In this document: piece after piece, positions 46,176 through 57,088 of the stretch
Layout of the letters: the number at the start of each line of letters is the position of its first letter
How positions within the stretch are numbered: position 1 is the first letter of the stretch
DNA from: an uncultured Clostridia bacterium
Lineage (GTDB): Bacteria > Bacillota > Clostridia > Christensenellales > CAG-917
Assembly (NCBI GenBank): GCA_963545485.1
Contig: CAUUJG010000001.1
Coordinates: forward strand, 105,446-169,445
Length of the DNA stretch: 64,000 nt
Direction: 5' to 3'
Notes under the pieces: model-generated
Databases searched by the model: none
The model's input: the letters and a program-made list of their open reading frames with translations, nothing else
Told to the model about the DNA's origin: nothing
Program-made: the position numbers and the translations under genes

Positions 46176-48788
46176 ATGGAAAGAGACTATGTTGTAAATA
46201 GTGAAGAAACCTTAAATAGGTTAGTTGACGAAGTCAGAGAAGCACAGAAAAAATTCTCGACCTATACGCAAGAGCAGGTTGATAAGATCTTTTTTGAAGC
46301 AGCGATGGCTGCAAACAAAATGAGAATACCTCTTGCAAAAATGGCAGTAGAAGAAACAGGTATGGGTGTAGTTGAGGATAAGGTAATTAAAAATCACTAT
46401 GCAGCCGAATATATCTACAACAGATATAAACATGAAAAGACTTGTGGAATTCTAGAAGAAGACAAAGCATATGGAATAAAAAAGATAGCCGAGCCGATCG
46501 GAGTTATAGCAGCAGTTGTTCCAACAACCAATCCGACTTCAACAGCGATTTTCAAAGCATTACTTGCTTTGAAAACAAGAAATGGTCTCGTTTTTTCACC
46601 ACATCCAAGAGCAAAGAAATGCACGATAGAGGCGGCAAAAATAGTTTTAAATGCAGCAATAAAGGCGGGAGCACCTGAAAATATTATTGCATGGATTGAC
46701 GAACCAAGCGTTGCATTGTCAGCACAGTTAATGAAAGCGTCAGACTTGATTTTGGCAACAGGTGGTCCTGGAATGGTTAAGTCAGCATATAGTTCTGGTA
46801 AACCGGCAGTCGGTGTTGGTGCTGGAAATACACCTGCGATATTCCATTCAACAGCAGATATTAAATTGGCAGTTTCATCAGTACTCCATTCAAAGACATT
46901 TGATAACGGAATGATTTGTGCTAGTGAGCAATCAGTAATTGTTTTAAAAGATATATACAATGAAGTAAAAGAAGAATTTAAATATAGAGGAGCATATTTC
47001 TTAACTCCTGCAGAAACAGAAAAAGTCAGAAAGACAATTATTATAAATGGTGCACTTAATGCCAAAATAGTTGGACAGAAAGCATCTAAAATAGCTGAGC
47101 TTGCAGGATGTAAGGTGCCTGAGGATGCAAAGGTATTGATAGGAGAAGTACAAAGTGTTGATCTTGCTGAAGAATTTGCACATGAAAAATTAAGTCCTGT
47201 ACTTGCTATGTATAAGGCTACAAATTTTGAAGATGCTGTAAGTAAAGCTGAGCAGCTAATTGCAGATGGCGGATATGGTCATACATCTTCATTATTTATA
47301 AATAAGGATACTCAAAAAGAAGCAATTGAAATGTGGCAAAAGAGAATGAAGACATGTAGATGCGTAATAAATATGCCATCATCGCAGGGTGGTATTGGAG
47401 ATATTTACAATTTTAAATTAACACCTTCACTTACATTGGGATGTGGAAGTTGGGGCGGAAACTCAGTTTCAGAGAATGTAGGTGTAAAACATCTTATTAA
47501 TATTAAAACAGTAGTTGAAAGGAGAGAAAATATGTTGTGGTTTAGAGCACCAGAAAAAGTATATTTAAAGAAAGGATGTTTGCCAGTAGCACTTAGTGAA
47601 TTAAAGGATTATTACAATAAAAAGAGAGCATTTGTTGTTACAGATCAGTTCCTTTATCAAAATGGTTATACAAAAGCGATTACAGACAAGCTTGAGGAGA
47701 TGGGAATAGAACATACCACATATTTTGATGTAGCACCAGATCCAACATTGGCATGTGCAATGGAAGGGGCAAAACAGATGGAAACATTTAAGCCTGATTG
47801 TATTATTGCTGTCGGCGGTGGTTCTGCAATGGATGCGGGTAAGATTATGTGGGTACTTTATGAACATCCAGAAGTAAACTTTTTAGATCTTGCGATGACA
47901 TTTATTGATATCAGAAAAAGAGTGTATACATTCCCAAAAATGGGAGAGAAAGCATATTTTGTGGCAATTCCAACAACCGCAGGAACAGGGTCTGAAGTAA
48001 CACCATTTGCCGTTATAACAGATGGTGAGAGTGGGGTTAAATATCCATTGGCAGACTACGAATTGATGCCAAATATGGCAATAGTAGATGCTGATATGAT
48101 GATGAACGCACCTAAGGGATTAACATCAGCTTCAGGTATTGATGCAGTAACACACGCACTTGAAGCATATGCGTCAATGATGGCAACAGATTATACAGAT
48201 GGCTTGGCAAAACAGGCATTAAAATTAATATTTGAATATTTACCAAGAGCATACAATGACGGACCAAATGATGCTGAGGCAAGAGAAAAAATGGCAAATG
48301 CAGCCTCTATGGCAGGTATGGCTTTTGCAAATGCATTCCTTGGAGTATGTCACTCAATGGCTCATAAACTTGGAGCATTTCATCATATTCCACATGGTAT
48401 TGCCAATGCTTTAATGATAAATGAAGTTTTAAAATTCAATGCAAATGAAGTTCCTTCAAAGATGGGAACATTCCCTCAATATGATCATCCTCATACATTG
48501 GCAAGATATGCTGAAGTCGCAGAAAGCTTGGGATTGAAGGGTAAGACAGATGAAGAAAAATTTCAGTCTTTACTTAAGGCAATCGATAGTCTAAAATCAA
48601 AGATAGGTATAAAGAAAACTATCAAAGATTACGGAGTATCGGAGGATGCTTTCTTAGCCACATTAGATGAAATGACAGTACAGGCGTTTGATGATCAGTG
48701 CACCGGAGCAAACCCAAGATATCCATTAATGGAAGAAATCAAAAAAATGTATTTAACAGCTTATTATGGGGAAGAGGTTAAAAAATAA
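46176..48788 (+). CDS. adhE: bifunctional acetaldehyde-CoA / alcohol dehydrogenase
   Basis: 870 aa. N-terminal ALDH domain (ICASEQS) and C-terminal Fe-ADH domain (GGGSAMDAGK, HSMAHKLG). Confidence 0.96.
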   Translation: MERDYVVNSEETLNRLVDEVREAQKKFSTYTQEQVDKIFFEAAMAANKMRIPLAKMAVEETGMGVVEDKVIKNHYAAEYIYNRYKHEKTCGILEEDKAYGIKKIAEPIGVIAAVVPTTNPTSTAIFKALLALKTRNGLVFSPHPRAKKCTIEAAKIVLNAAIKAGAPENIIAWIDEPSVALSAQLMKASDLILATGGPGMVKSAYSSGKPAVGVGAGNTPAIFHSTADIKLAVSSVLHSKTFDNGMICASEQSVIVLKDIYNEVKEEFKYRGAYFLTPAETEKVRKTIIINGALNAKIVGQKASKIAELAGCKVPEDAKVLIGEVQSVDLAEEFAHEKLSPVLAMYKATNFEDAVSKAEQLIADGGYGHTSSLFINKDTQKEAIEMWQKRMKTCRCVINMPSSQGGIGDIYNFKLTPSLTLGCGSWGGNSVSENVGVKHLINIKTVVERRENMLWFRAPEKVYLKKGCLPVALSELKDYYNKKRAFVVTDQFLYQNGYTKAITDKLEEMGIEHTTYFDVAPDPTLACAMEGAKQMETFKPDCIIAVGGGSAMDAGKIMWVLYEHPEVNFLDLAMTFIDIRKRVYTFPKMGEKAYFVAIPTTAGTGSEVTPFAVITDGESGVKYPLADYELMPNMAIVDADMMMNAPKGLTSASGIDAVTHALEAYASMMATDYTDGLAKQALKLIFEYLPRAYNDGPNDAEAREKMANAASMAGMAFANAFLGVCHSMAHKLGAFHHIPHGIANALMINEVLKFNANEVPSKMGTFPQYDHPHTLARYAEVAESLGLKGKTDEEKFQSLLKAIDSLKSKIGIKKTIKDYGVSEDAFLATLDEMTVQAFDDQCTGANPRYPLMEEIKKMYLTAYYGEEVKK

Positions 48789-48797
48789 GGGGAAAGA

Positions 48798-49544
48798 ATG
48801 AAAGATATTATTTATTCAACAAACAACAAACAGGTTTATAAAGATGGCAAGGGCAATGTTATAAAGCTCTTTTCAGAAAGTTTCACTAAGTCGGATGTTT
48901 TTAATGAGGCTTTAAACCAAGCGAGAGTTGAGGAAGCAGGAGTATGCGTTGCACCAATTAATGGAGTTTATCAGATTGATGGACAGCTCGCTATAGAAAT
49001 GAAAGCCATTGAAGGAGAAGATTTAAAGTCTTTAATGGATAAGAATCCTGCAGATGTTGATAAATATCTTGAAGAGTTTGTTAGTTTGCAAATTGAAATG
49101 CAAAAACATACAGCTCCTAAACTTACTCAATTAAGAGTAAAAATGGATATGAAGATTCAAGAAGCGAAGATTGATGAAAGTGTAAAGTATGAACTTCAAA
49201 CAAAATTGCATAGCATGCCGAAGCACAACAAATTGTGTCATGGAGATTTTAGACCAAGTAATGTTATTTATGGAAAAGATGGTAAAAAATATATAGTTGA
49301 TTGGTCACATGCGACACAAGGCAATGCAAGTGCTGATGCTGCACGAACATATCTTATATTTAAACTTGATAAAAAGGATGAGATTGCAGAGAAGTACTTG
49401 AAGCTATTTTCATCAAAGACAAAAACACCTATTCAATATATTAAAGACTGGTTGCCTATTGTAGCCGCATCACAGTCTGTAAAAGGAAAATCTGAAGAAC
49501 GAGAATTCTTGCTTGGTTGGTTGAATATAGTAGATATAAATTAA
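48798..49544 (+). CDS. phosphotransferase (APH/choline-kinase-like) family protein
   Basis: Catalytic loop CHGDFRPSNVIY and VDWSHA. 248 aa. Confidence 0.75.
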   Translation: MKDIIYSTNNKQVYKDGKGNVIKLFSESFTKSDVFNEALNQARVEEAGVCVAPINGVYQIDGQLAIEMKAIEGEDLKSLMDKNPADVDKYLEEFVSLQIEMQKHTAPKLTQLRVKMDMKIQEAKIDESVKYELQTKLHSMPKHNKLCHGDFRPSNVIYGKDGKKYIVDWSHATQGNASADAARTYLIFKLDKKDEIAEKYLKLFSSKTKTPIQYIKDWLPIVAASQSVKGKSEEREFLLGWLNIVDIN

Positions 49545-49776
49545 CCGAGTATTTGAGAGTAGTGTTTGAGAGTAGTGTAATTTAGAATAGGCATGAAAAA
49601 TATTTTTTAAAGTAGAATAATCCATTTTAACTGTGAGAATGATAGTTCTTTTTTTAGATTAATATAGATAATATGTTGTATTTAGTTAATATTGGTTCTA
49701 TTGAATTTTAGAAGTTTAGCTCTTTGTTCATAATAAATATAGGGTTTGCTTGGTAAAAAGTTAAATAAAAATTTAT

Positions 49777-49805
49777 TTGACAAGTAACGCTTAATATTCT
49801 AAACT
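49777..49805 (+). promoter_or_regulatory. candidate sigma-A promoter of the tRNA cluster
   Basis: TTGACA, 17 nt, TAAACT, ending 18 nt before the first tRNA. Confidence 0.45.
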
Positions 49806-49822
49806 GACTAGGCGTTGAATAT

Positions 49823-49897
49823 CGCGGGGTAGAGAAGTGGTATCTCGTCGGGCTCATAACCCGGAGGTCGTTGGTTCAAATCCAGCCCCCGCAACCA
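49823..49897 (+). tRNA. initiator tRNA-fMet (CAT)
   Basis: CGCGGGG 5' end with a C1-A72 mismatch, GGG/CCC in the anticodon stem, loop CTCATAA, encoded CCA. Confidence 0.88.
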
Positions 49898-49916
49898 CAG
49901 GTCAAATTAAGTACTT

Positions 49917-49993
49917 GGCGGCGTAGCTTAGCTGGTTATAGCATCCGGTTCATACCCGGAAGGTCGTTGGTTCGAATCTGACCGCCGCTACCA
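49917..49993 (+). tRNA. tRNA with CAT anticodon (elongator Met; lysidine-modified Ile2 cannot be excluded)
   Basis: Acceptor GGCGGCG/CGCCGCT, anticodon loop TTCATAC, T-loop GGTTCGAATC, CCA. Confidence 0.8.
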
Positions 49994-50000
49994 AAAATTT

Positions 50001-50075
50001 GGCTCCATGGTCAAGCGGTTAAGACATCGCCCCTTCACGGCGATAACTCGGGTTCGAGTCCCGATGGAGTCACCA
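50001..50075 (+). tRNA. tRNA-Glu (TTC) with C at position 33
   Basis: Colinear with B. subtilis tRNA-Glu (GGTCAAGCGGTTAAGACA D-arm). The anticodon loop reads CCTTCAC instead of CTTTCAC. Confidence 0.8.
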
Positions 50076-50079
50076 AAAT

Positions 50080-50156
50080 GGAGGCTTAGCTCAGTTGGTT
50101 AGAGCACTTGCCTTACAAGCAAGGGGTCATAGGTTCGAGTCCTATAGCCTCTACCA
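50080..50156 (+). tRNA. tRNA-Val (TAC)
   Basis: Acceptor GGAGGCT/AGCCTCT, anticodon loop CTTACAA, T-loop GGTTCGAGTCC, CCA. Confidence 0.88.
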
Positions 50157-50419
50157 AAATGGTGTTTTGTGTGTATTTTTAGCGGTAATATGTTTTAAAA
50201 TCCTTATATGATTGAAAAAAATTCCTTAATGTTTTGATTAATTTTTTTGTAATTTGTATCTTCCATACAACAGTATTTAAATATAGAAGTAAGCAAAGGA
50301 AAATTGGCTAAAATTTATATAATTTCTATTTTATAACTAAGAATATAAGAGGTTATATTTTGCATATTAACATATCTGAATATACAATATATACAACTGA
50401 GAAAGGTGGAAAAACAAGA

Positions 50420-52840
50420 ATGGATTTTAAACAAATTGAAGAAAAATGGCGTAAAAAGTGGGAAGACACAAAGCTATATAAATTTGATATTAACAGCAAA
50501 AAACCAAAGTTTTATGCATTAGAAATGTTCTCATATCCTTCTGGTGCTAAATTGCATGCAGGGCATTGGTATAATTACGGACCTGCTGATTCTTATGCGA
50601 GATTTAAAATGATGCAGGGATACAATGTTTTTCATCCAATGGGATTTGATGCTTTTGGTTTGCCAGCTGAAAATTATGCGATTAAAACTGGAATACATCC
50701 ACAAGACAGCACAAGAAAAAATATTGAAACAATGGAAGAGCAACTTAAAAAAATAGGTGCTACATATGATTGGGATTATGAGATAAAGACATGTGAATCT
50801 GATTACTACAAATGGACTCAATGGATGTTTGTTCAGTTGTATAAAAAGGGATTGGCATATAGAAAAGAAGCTCCTGTGAATTGGTGTACATCGTGCAATA
50901 CAGTATTAGCAAATGAACAAGTTCAGAATGGAGAATGTGAGAGATGTCATTCTATAGTTGAAAAAAGAAATCTCACTCAATGGTTTTTTAAAATAACAGA
51001 TTATGCAGAGGAACTTTTAAAAGATCTTGATGCACTTGACTGGCCAGAGAAAACAAAGGCGATGCAGAAGTATTGGATAGGCAAAAGTGAAGGGGCAGAA
51101 GTTGATTTTAAGATTGAAAAGAGTGATAAAAAGGTTACAGTTTTCACAACTAGAGCTGATACATTATTTGGAGTTACATATGTAGTTTTGGCACCAGAAA
51201 ATCCTATAGTTAAAGAAATAACTACAAAAGAGTATCAAAAGGAAGTAGATAAGTATATAAAGAATACTTTAAGAGTTTCAGAGATAGATAGAATGTCGGC
51301 AACACGAGAAAAGACAGGTGTACTAACAGGTGGATATGTTATCAATCCAGTAAATGGAGATAGAGTTCCTATTTTGGTTGCAGACTATGTAATAGGAACA
51401 TATGGGACAGGAGCGGTAATGGGTGTTGCAGCTCATGATGATAGAGATTTTGATTTTGCAAAGAAATTAGGTATTGAAATCAAAAGAGTTATTAAGAATC
51501 CAAAAACAAATGATGACCTTCCATACTGTGAGGATGCAGGAATTTTATGTAATAGTGGGAAATATGATGGTTTAAATACTGCGTCAGCCCGAAAGGCTAT
51601 AGTTAGTGATTTAGAAAAACAGGGAAATGGAAGACTTAAGATCAATTACCGTTTAAGAGATTGGTTGGTATCCAGACAAAGATATTGGGGAGCTCCAATC
51701 CCAGTAATTCACTGTGAGCATTGTGGAGAAGTTTTAGTTGAAGAATCCAATCTACCAGTGCTTTTGCCATACAACGTAAATTTCACTCCAGATGGAGAAT
51801 CACCTTTGCAAAAATGTGATGAGTTTATGAATATAAAATGCCCAAAATGTGGCAGGGACGCAAAAAGAGATCCGGACACATTAGATACATTTGTATGCTC
51901 TAGTTGGTATTATTTACGATATACGGACAGCAAAAACGATAAAGCACCATTTGACACAAAAATAGTGGATCAATTGTTACCAGTAGATAAATATGTTGGT
52001 GGTGCAGAACACGCATGTATGCATTTGCTTTATGCAAGATTTTTCACAAAAGCATTGAGAGATATGGGATATATCCATTTTTCGGAGCCATTTAAATCAT
52101 TAGTGCATCAGGGTATTATTTTGGGACCTGATGGACAAAAGATGTCAAAATCAAGAGGAAATGTTGTGTCTCCAGATGATGCAATATTAAAGTATGGCTC
52201 TGATGTATTTAGACTTTATCTTATGTTTGGATTTAATTATGTAGAGGGAGGACCATGGAGCGAAAGTGGACTTGATGGTATAGCAAAATTCCTTGAAAGG
52301 GTTGAAAGAATAGTGGAGAAAAGTAAGGAATATAATTACGAATCTGTCAATCTAACAAAAGACGAAAAGCAGCTTAACTATACAAGGAATAATACGATTA
52401 AGAGTGTAACTAATGATATGGAGAATTTCTCATTCAACACAGCAGTTGCAAGAATAATGGAATTAGTGAATGCATTATATTCATATGATTCATCAGTACA
52501 AAAGAAGCATATAATATTTAAAGATAGTATAAAAGATTTAATTTTATTGTTGGCTCCATTTGCATCACATAGAGCGGAGGAACTTTGGGAGATGATAGGA
52601 GGCAAGTACTCAGTGTTTAATCAGGGTTTCCCTATCATGGATGAAAAAGCTCTTGTCAAAGATGAAATAGAAATTGTTGTACAGATAAATGCTAAGATCA
52701 GAGGAAAATTAACAGTTGAACCTAATATGGATAGAGCAAAGCTTGAAAAACAGGCAATAGACCTTGTTAAGGATAAGATTGTTGGTGATATTAAAAAAGT
52801 GATTGTAGTACCTAATAAATTGGTTAACATTATAATTTAG
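50420..52840 (+). CDS. leuS: leucine--tRNA ligase
   Basis: Start at [14 protein letters not shown] after GAAAGGTGG. HIGH-type region ([11 protein letters not shown]) and QKMSKSRGN. Confidence 0.96.
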   Translation: MDFKQIEEKWRKKWEDTKLYKFDINSKKPKFYALEMFSYPSGAKLHAGHWYNYGPADSYARFKMMQGYNVFHPMGFDAFGLPAENYAIKTGIHPQDSTRKNIETMEEQLKKIGATYDWDYEIKTCESDYYKWTQWMFVQLYKKGLAYRKEAPVNWCTSCNTVLANEQVQNGECERCHSIVEKRNLTQWFFKITDYAEELLKDLDALDWPEKTKAMQKYWIGKSEGAEVDFKIEKSDKKVTVFTTRADTLFGVTYVVLAPENPIVKEITTKEYQKEVDKYIKNTLRVSEIDRMSATREKTGVLTGGYVINPVNGDRVPILVADYVIGTYGTGAVMGVAAHDDRDFDFAKKLGIEIKRVIKNPKTNDDLPYCEDAGILCNSGKYDGLNTASARKAIVSDLEKQGNGRLKINYRLRDWLVSRQRYWGAPIPVIHCEHCGEVLVEESNLPVLLPYNVNFTPDGESPLQKCDEFMNIKCPKCGRDAKRDPDTLDTFVCSSWYYLRYTDSKNDKAPFDTKIVDQLLPVDKYVGGAEHACMHLLYARFFTKALRDMGYIHFSEPFKSLVHQGIILGPDGQKMSKSRGNVVSPDDAILKYGSDVFRLYLMFGFNYVEGGPWSESGLDGIAKFLERVERIVEKSKEYNYESVNLTKDEKQLNYTRNNTIKSVTNDMENFSFNTAVARIMELVNALYSYDSSVQKKHIIFKDSIKDLILLLAPFASHRAEELWEMIGGKYSVFNQGFPIMDEKALVKDEIEIVVQINAKIRGKLTVEPNMDRAKLEKQAIDLVKDKIVGDIKKVIVVPNKLVNIII

Positions 52841-52849
52841 AGAGGAAAC

Positions 52850-54133
52850 ATGTTAGACATAATACGCATAAGGAATAATAAGGAAGAAATAGAACAACTT
52901 TTAAAGAACAAAGGTTTTGAAATAGATTTTTCCAAGGTAATTAAACTTGATGATAAGAGAAAAGAAATAATTCAGGATGTTGAAAAACTTAAGGCACTAA
53001 GGAATAGTACATCAGCTTCAATTCCGAAACTTAAAAAGGAAGGGAAAGATGTAACTCCTATATTTGAGGAGATGAGGCAGCTTGGGGATAAAATTGTGCA
53101 GGACGATGAAAAGCTTAGTAAGGTACAGGAAGAAATCAATGCAATTTTATGTGTAATTCCAAATATTCCGGACAGTGATCTAAAATCGGGAGAAAAAGAA
53201 AACAATGAAGTTATAAGGGTTGTTAACTCTAAAAGAGAGTTTGATTTTAAAATAAGAGATCATGTAGAACTTGCAACGATGCACAATTTAATTGACTATG
53301 AAAGAGGTGTTAAGCTGTCAGGTAACGGATTTTGGATATATAGAGGAATGGGTGCCAGATTAGAATGGGCACTATTAAATTTCTTTATAGAAGAACATGT
53401 AAAAGATGGATATGAATTTATTCTTCCGCCACATCAGTTAAATTATTCTTGTGGATATGGAGCTGGACAGTTCCCGAAGTTTGCTGAAGAAGTGTATTGG
53501 TTGGACTGTGATGCAGAGAGAGAAAAAAATAGGTTTATGCTGCCTACAGCTGAAACCGCACTCGTTAATATGTATTCTAATGAAATTATAGAAGAATCAA
53601 AATTACCATTTAAGTTCTTTGCTTATACTCCTTGCTATAGAAAAGAAGCAGGAAGTGCGAGGAAAGAAGAAAGAGGAATGATAAGGGGACATCAGTTTAA
53701 TAAGATCGAAATGGTGCAAATAACAACTCCGGGACAAAGCGATAAGGCATTTGAAGAGCTTGTAAAGAAGGCAAGTGACCTCGTTGAAAAACTGGGGCTA
53801 CATTTCAGAGTTTCTAAATTGGCAGCAGGTGATTGTTCAGCATCTATGGCTAGGACATATGATATAGAGTTATATATACCATCAATGGGTATATATAAGG
53901 AATGCAGCTCGGTAAGCAATGCGAGAGATTATCAAGCTAGAAGAAATAATACAAAATATAGAAACAGCGAGACAAAGAAGCCGGAATTTGTACATACACT
54001 TAATGGTTCAGGATTAGCAACATCAAGATTAATACCAGCAATTCTTGAACAAAATCAGAATAAGGATGGTAGTGTAGTTATACCAGAAGTTTTAAGAAAA
54101 TACCTTGGGGGAATCTCAGAAATTAAACTTTAG
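52850..54133 (+). CDS. serS: serine--tRNA ligase
   Basis: N-terminal coiled coil and class II core (TAETALV, CYRKEAGS, GSGLATSR). Confidence 0.95.
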   Translation: MLDIIRIRNNKEEIEQLLKNKGFEIDFSKVIKLDDKRKEIIQDVEKLKALRNSTSASIPKLKKEGKDVTPIFEEMRQLGDKIVQDDEKLSKVQEEINAILCVIPNIPDSDLKSGEKENNEVIRVVNSKREFDFKIRDHVELATMHNLIDYERGVKLSGNGFWIYRGMGARLEWALLNFFIEEHVKDGYEFILPPHQLNYSCGYGAGQFPKFAEEVYWLDCDAEREKNRFMLPTAETALVNMYSNEIIEESKLPFKFFAYTPCYRKEAGSARKEERGMIRGHQFNKIEMVQITTPGQSDKAFEELVKKASDLVEKLGLHFRVSKLAAGDCSASMARTYDIELYIPSMGIYKECSSVSNARDYQARRNNTKYRNSETKKPEFVHTLNGSGLATSRLIPAILEQNQNKDGSVVIPEVLRKYLGGISEIKL

Positions 54134-54134
54134 T

Positions 54135-54539
54135 AAAGAATTTTTAAAGTATTTCAACAAATTACTTTTTGGTGTCATTGCATTTTGTTCAAACTGCAAT
54201 TTTAAAACAGAAGAACCTTATAAATATTACAAGGAACGTTGGATTATTGAGGAACACATTAGGATTGAAAAATTATCACTAAATGAGGGCGTAGAAAGAA
54301 AACATAACTTAAAATCAATACTAGGGGATGAGTTCTTTATACAACTATAAATGATTATTTACTCTAGGATTCTAAATGTCATAGAAGGCAATTCTCATTT
54401 GAAAGGTATGTCTATTAGAGGTCTCCTTAATGAACTAGCTAAAACTTACAAAACATTTTCTTTTGGTAAATGGATTATTAGTATTATGACGAAAAAGAAA
54501 ATCGCTTTATTAACTGAATTGAATATTCACATATCGTGA
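54135..54539 (+). pseudogene. IS4-superfamily (IS1634-like) DDE transposase, C-terminal relic with an in-frame stop
   Basis: Perfect Y-x2-R-x3-E-x6-K signature (YKERWIIEEHIRIEK). A single TAA at 54348-54350 splits one frame. About 135 of the expected 500 or more codons remain. Confidence 0.7.
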
Positions 54540-54545
54540 GGATTG
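54486..54545. repeat. left copy of a 60-bp direct repeat (3' end of the transposase relic)
   Basis: 51 of 60 positions identical, with one 1-nt indel, to 57089-57149. Confidence 0.8.
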
Positions 54546-54670
54546 GGAAATTACTAATACCGATAATGAGTGCAATAATAAAAAAGATTAGAAAGTTGAT
54601 TGATGAAAAGTAATAAATTTTTATTGAGAAGTCGTCATTTTATGGTATCATATTCGAAATGGGGTGAGCT

Positions 54671-54883
54671 ATGGCTGTTAATTATAAAAAACTATGGAAG
54701 ATATTGATTGATAAAAATATGACAAAATATGATTTGCATATTAAGAGTGGGATATCTACAAGTACAATCTCTAAAATGAGCAATGAAAAGTATGTTTCTT
54801 TAGAAGTTCTTGAAAGAATTTGCAATGTTTTAGATTGTGAAATTGGTGATATTGTTGAACTTGGAGAAAAAAATAATATATGA
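54671..54883 (+). CDS. small XRE/Cro-type HTH protein, probable controller (C) protein of the R-M cassette
   Basis: 70 aa: KKLWKILIDKNMTKYDLHIKSGISTSTISKM. ATGA overlap with the methyltransferase gene. Confidence 0.7.
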   Translation: MAVNYKKLWKILIDKNMTKYDLHIKSGISTSTISKMSNEKYVSLEVLERICNVLDCEIGDIVELGEKNNI

Positions 54884-56136
54884 AATTTAAAGAAAAACGA
54901 GTTTTATCTCTATTTAGCGGTTGTGGTGGCATGGATATTGGACTTGAAGGTGGATTTACATGTTTAAAAGATTCAATTAACCAAAACATTCATTCGACAT
55001 GGATTGAAGAAGATTATGGGAAGTGGGTAAAGACTAGCAAAACAGGATTTAAAACAGTTTTTGCCAATGATATAAGAGAAGATGCTAAAGCGGCTTGGGT
55101 ATCATACTTTAATCAGAAATATAGCAATGCAAATGAAATTTATCATCTTGAAAGCATTGTGGATTTAGTAAAAAGACACAAGAATGGAGAACAAATTTTC
55201 CCCGAGAATATAGACATTGTTACTGGTGGGTTCCCTTGTCAAGATTTTTCTGTAGCAGGGAAAAGGCAAGGGTTCAACTCGTTGAAAAGCCATATAGGAG
55301 AAAAAATATCCTCAGAGGAAGCAAATGTTGAGAATAGAGGGCAATTGTATATATGGATGAAAGAGGTTGTAAGCATAGTTAAGCCTAAGGTGTTTATTGC
55401 TGAAAATGTGAAAGGTTTAGTTAGCTTAAAAGATGTTAAAGAAATAATTGAAAACGATTTTTCAAAGGCGGCTGATGGTGGATACTTAGTTATTCCCGCA
55501 AGAATTTTGCAAGCTGCTAATTATGGAGTGCCACAATCAAGGGAAAGAGTTTTTTTTTATGGTTTTAAAAGAAGTGCATTGACTAATGAAGCATTACAAA
55601 AACTAACTAATATCAGCAACCATAGAGATATGGACCCATATCCTATTCCTACACATAATTACAGCTTAAACACTGTTTCTTTGAATCCATTTGTTACTTC
55701 AGGTAAAGCAATTTGTGATTTAAAGGAACCAAATTTTACAAAAGATAACTCACAAAAAAAATATTCAAAAGCAAAGTTATCTAGAGGACAAGGAAATATT
55801 GAAATTAAATTAGATAATGTTTCTCCAACAATTAGATCGGAACATCACGGGAATATTGAATTTAGGAGATTAGACATTCAAAATGGTGGAAAATATATAG
55901 ATGAAATAGAAAAGGGACTTGAGCAAAGAAGATTAACAATAAGAGAGTGTGCAAGGCTTCAAACTTTTCCTGATGATTATCAATTTATTTTGGAAAAGAC
56001 AGATGAAAATATTGCTGTAAGTGCTAGTTCGGCATATAAGATAATAGGGAATGCAGTTCCTTGTGTTTTAGCATACAACATAGGTAAAACACTAAGCGAA
56101 AAATGGGATAAATACTTCAAAATAGAAACACACTAA
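54880..56136 (+). CDS. DNA (cytosine-5)-methyltransferase
   Basis: Motifs I FSGCGGMDIG, IV GGFPCQDFSVAGKR, VI ENVKGL, VIII QSRERVFF, IX RRLTIRECARLQTFPD, X GNAVP. Confidence 0.93.
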   Translation: MKFKEKRVLSLFSGCGGMDIGLEGGFTCLKDSINQNIHSTWIEEDYGKWVKTSKTGFKTVFANDIREDAKAAWVSYFNQKYSNANEIYHLESIVDLVKRHKNGEQIFPENIDIVTGGFPCQDFSVAGKRQGFNSLKSHIGEKISSEEANVENRGQLYIWMKEVVSIVKPKVFIAENVKGLVSLKDVKEIIENDFSKAADGGYLVIPARILQAANYGVPQSRERVFFYGFKRSALTNEALQKLTNISNHRDMDPYPIPTHNYSLNTVSLNPFVTSGKAICDLKEPNFTKDNSQKKYSKAKLSRGQGNIEIKLDNVSPTIRSEHHGNIEFRRLDIQNGGKYIDEIEKGLEQRRLTIRECARLQTFPDDYQFILEKTDENIAVSASSAYKIIGNAVPCVLAYNIGKTLSEKWDKYFKIETH

Positions 56137-57008
56137 TCATCTGTTTCTTTTTTTATCATAGATTGTATTTTGGATTTAATAAGAGCCTTCTCTTCTTCGC
56201 TATATGCGTCATAGATTTCGAGAAAATCTAAAATAAATTTTCGAATGTTATTATTAAACCAAGGCTCAGATTTTTTAACTTTTTCACTATTCAAAAGTAT
56301 GTCAATCCATCGTTTAGATAACACGCCTTGCCAATCATCAAGTAAAGCTAATTTATTTGTTAAAGAATCGTCTGGGGTATATATCAATTTGCTGTTTTCA
56401 ATGGTTCTGTGCAGACTATTCCAAGAGAGGAGTTCTTTAAAAGAAACTTGTGGTCTAGGGCTTCTATCAGGAAACTGCATTTTAGAATTTATAGAATTTA
56501 TGTATTGTCCTGTTACTACTTCAATGTCTTTTGATGTGTGTCTTACAAATATTACCCATTCATCAGGAATAATTTGTTGGATACTAGAACCCGTAATAGA
56601 ATCGTTCTTTGTAGATTTAAGTTCTACAGTTTGATAGAAAGTAGAAGTATTACCTTTTATTTCTAAACATATGTCAGGATTAGTATAAGAAGCAGATTTA
56701 CTTTCTTTTATTTTTTGTTTTAAGATTTCATCAATTTCATCGGGAAGAATAACTCGACTAATCTTATAATCTCTATATTCCTCTATTGAGTGAGTTTGGT
56801 CATCAATAAAAAGCTTACTAACTATTGGGTTGCTAGGTAACATGTTTAACTCATTTTCTATAGCAGATTTTAAATATTCTTTCAAGGGACGATCGGTATT
56901 TGCTTCGTCAGATTGAAAAGAGACAGTAAGTAAATTCTTTTTTTGTGAATTTAAAAATACTTCTAATTCAAGCATATAAAAATGCATAAAATAAGATTGG
57001 TTATTCAT
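56133..57008 (-). CDS. putative type II restriction endonuclease (PD-(D/E)xK candidate)
   Basis: Convergent with the methyltransferase gene, stops overlapping by 4 nt. NPDICLEIKG...TVELKSTK fits a PD...ExK core. No family recognised. Confidence 0.55.
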   Translation of the reverse strand: MNNQSYFMHFYMLELEVFLNSQKKNLLTVSFQSDEANTDRPLKEYLKSAIENELNMLPSNPIVSKLFIDDQTHSIEEYRDYKISRVILPDEIDEILKQKIKESKSASYTNPDICLEIKGNTSTFYQTVELKSTKNDSITGSSIQQIIPDEWVIFVRHTSKDIEVVTGQYINSINSKMQFPDRSPRPQVSFKELLSWNSLHRTIENSKLIYTPDDSLTNKLALLDDWQGVLSKRWIDILLNSEKVKKSEPWFNNNIRKFILDFLEIYDAYSEEEKALIKSKIQSMIKKETDD

Positions 57009-57088
57009 ATCAAATTGTGCCTCAACATAAAATTCAACTTATATTATAACGCATAATTTAAACCGTCGGCTCTATGTGGTACAGTTAA

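Noticed and set aside
45318-47065. Long antisense ORFs (45318-45947 and 46415-47065) opposite the beta-helix gene and adhE
   Set aside because: The sense genes are unambiguous (adhE especially). The antisense products are low-complexity and have no start context.
49552-49577. Tandem duplication tttgagagtagtg x2 after the kinase-like gene, considered as a CRISPR or VNTR seed
   Set aside because: There are only two 13-bp units and no spacers. This is most likely a simple slippage duplication. No CRISPR-like array exists anywhere in the window.
50157-50419. Looked for a T-box leader upstream of leuS-serS
   Set aside because: There is no specifier-loop or T-box core (AGGGUGGUACCGCG-like) and no terminator/antiterminator pair. 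The region is plain AT-rich spacer downstream of the tRNA cluster.
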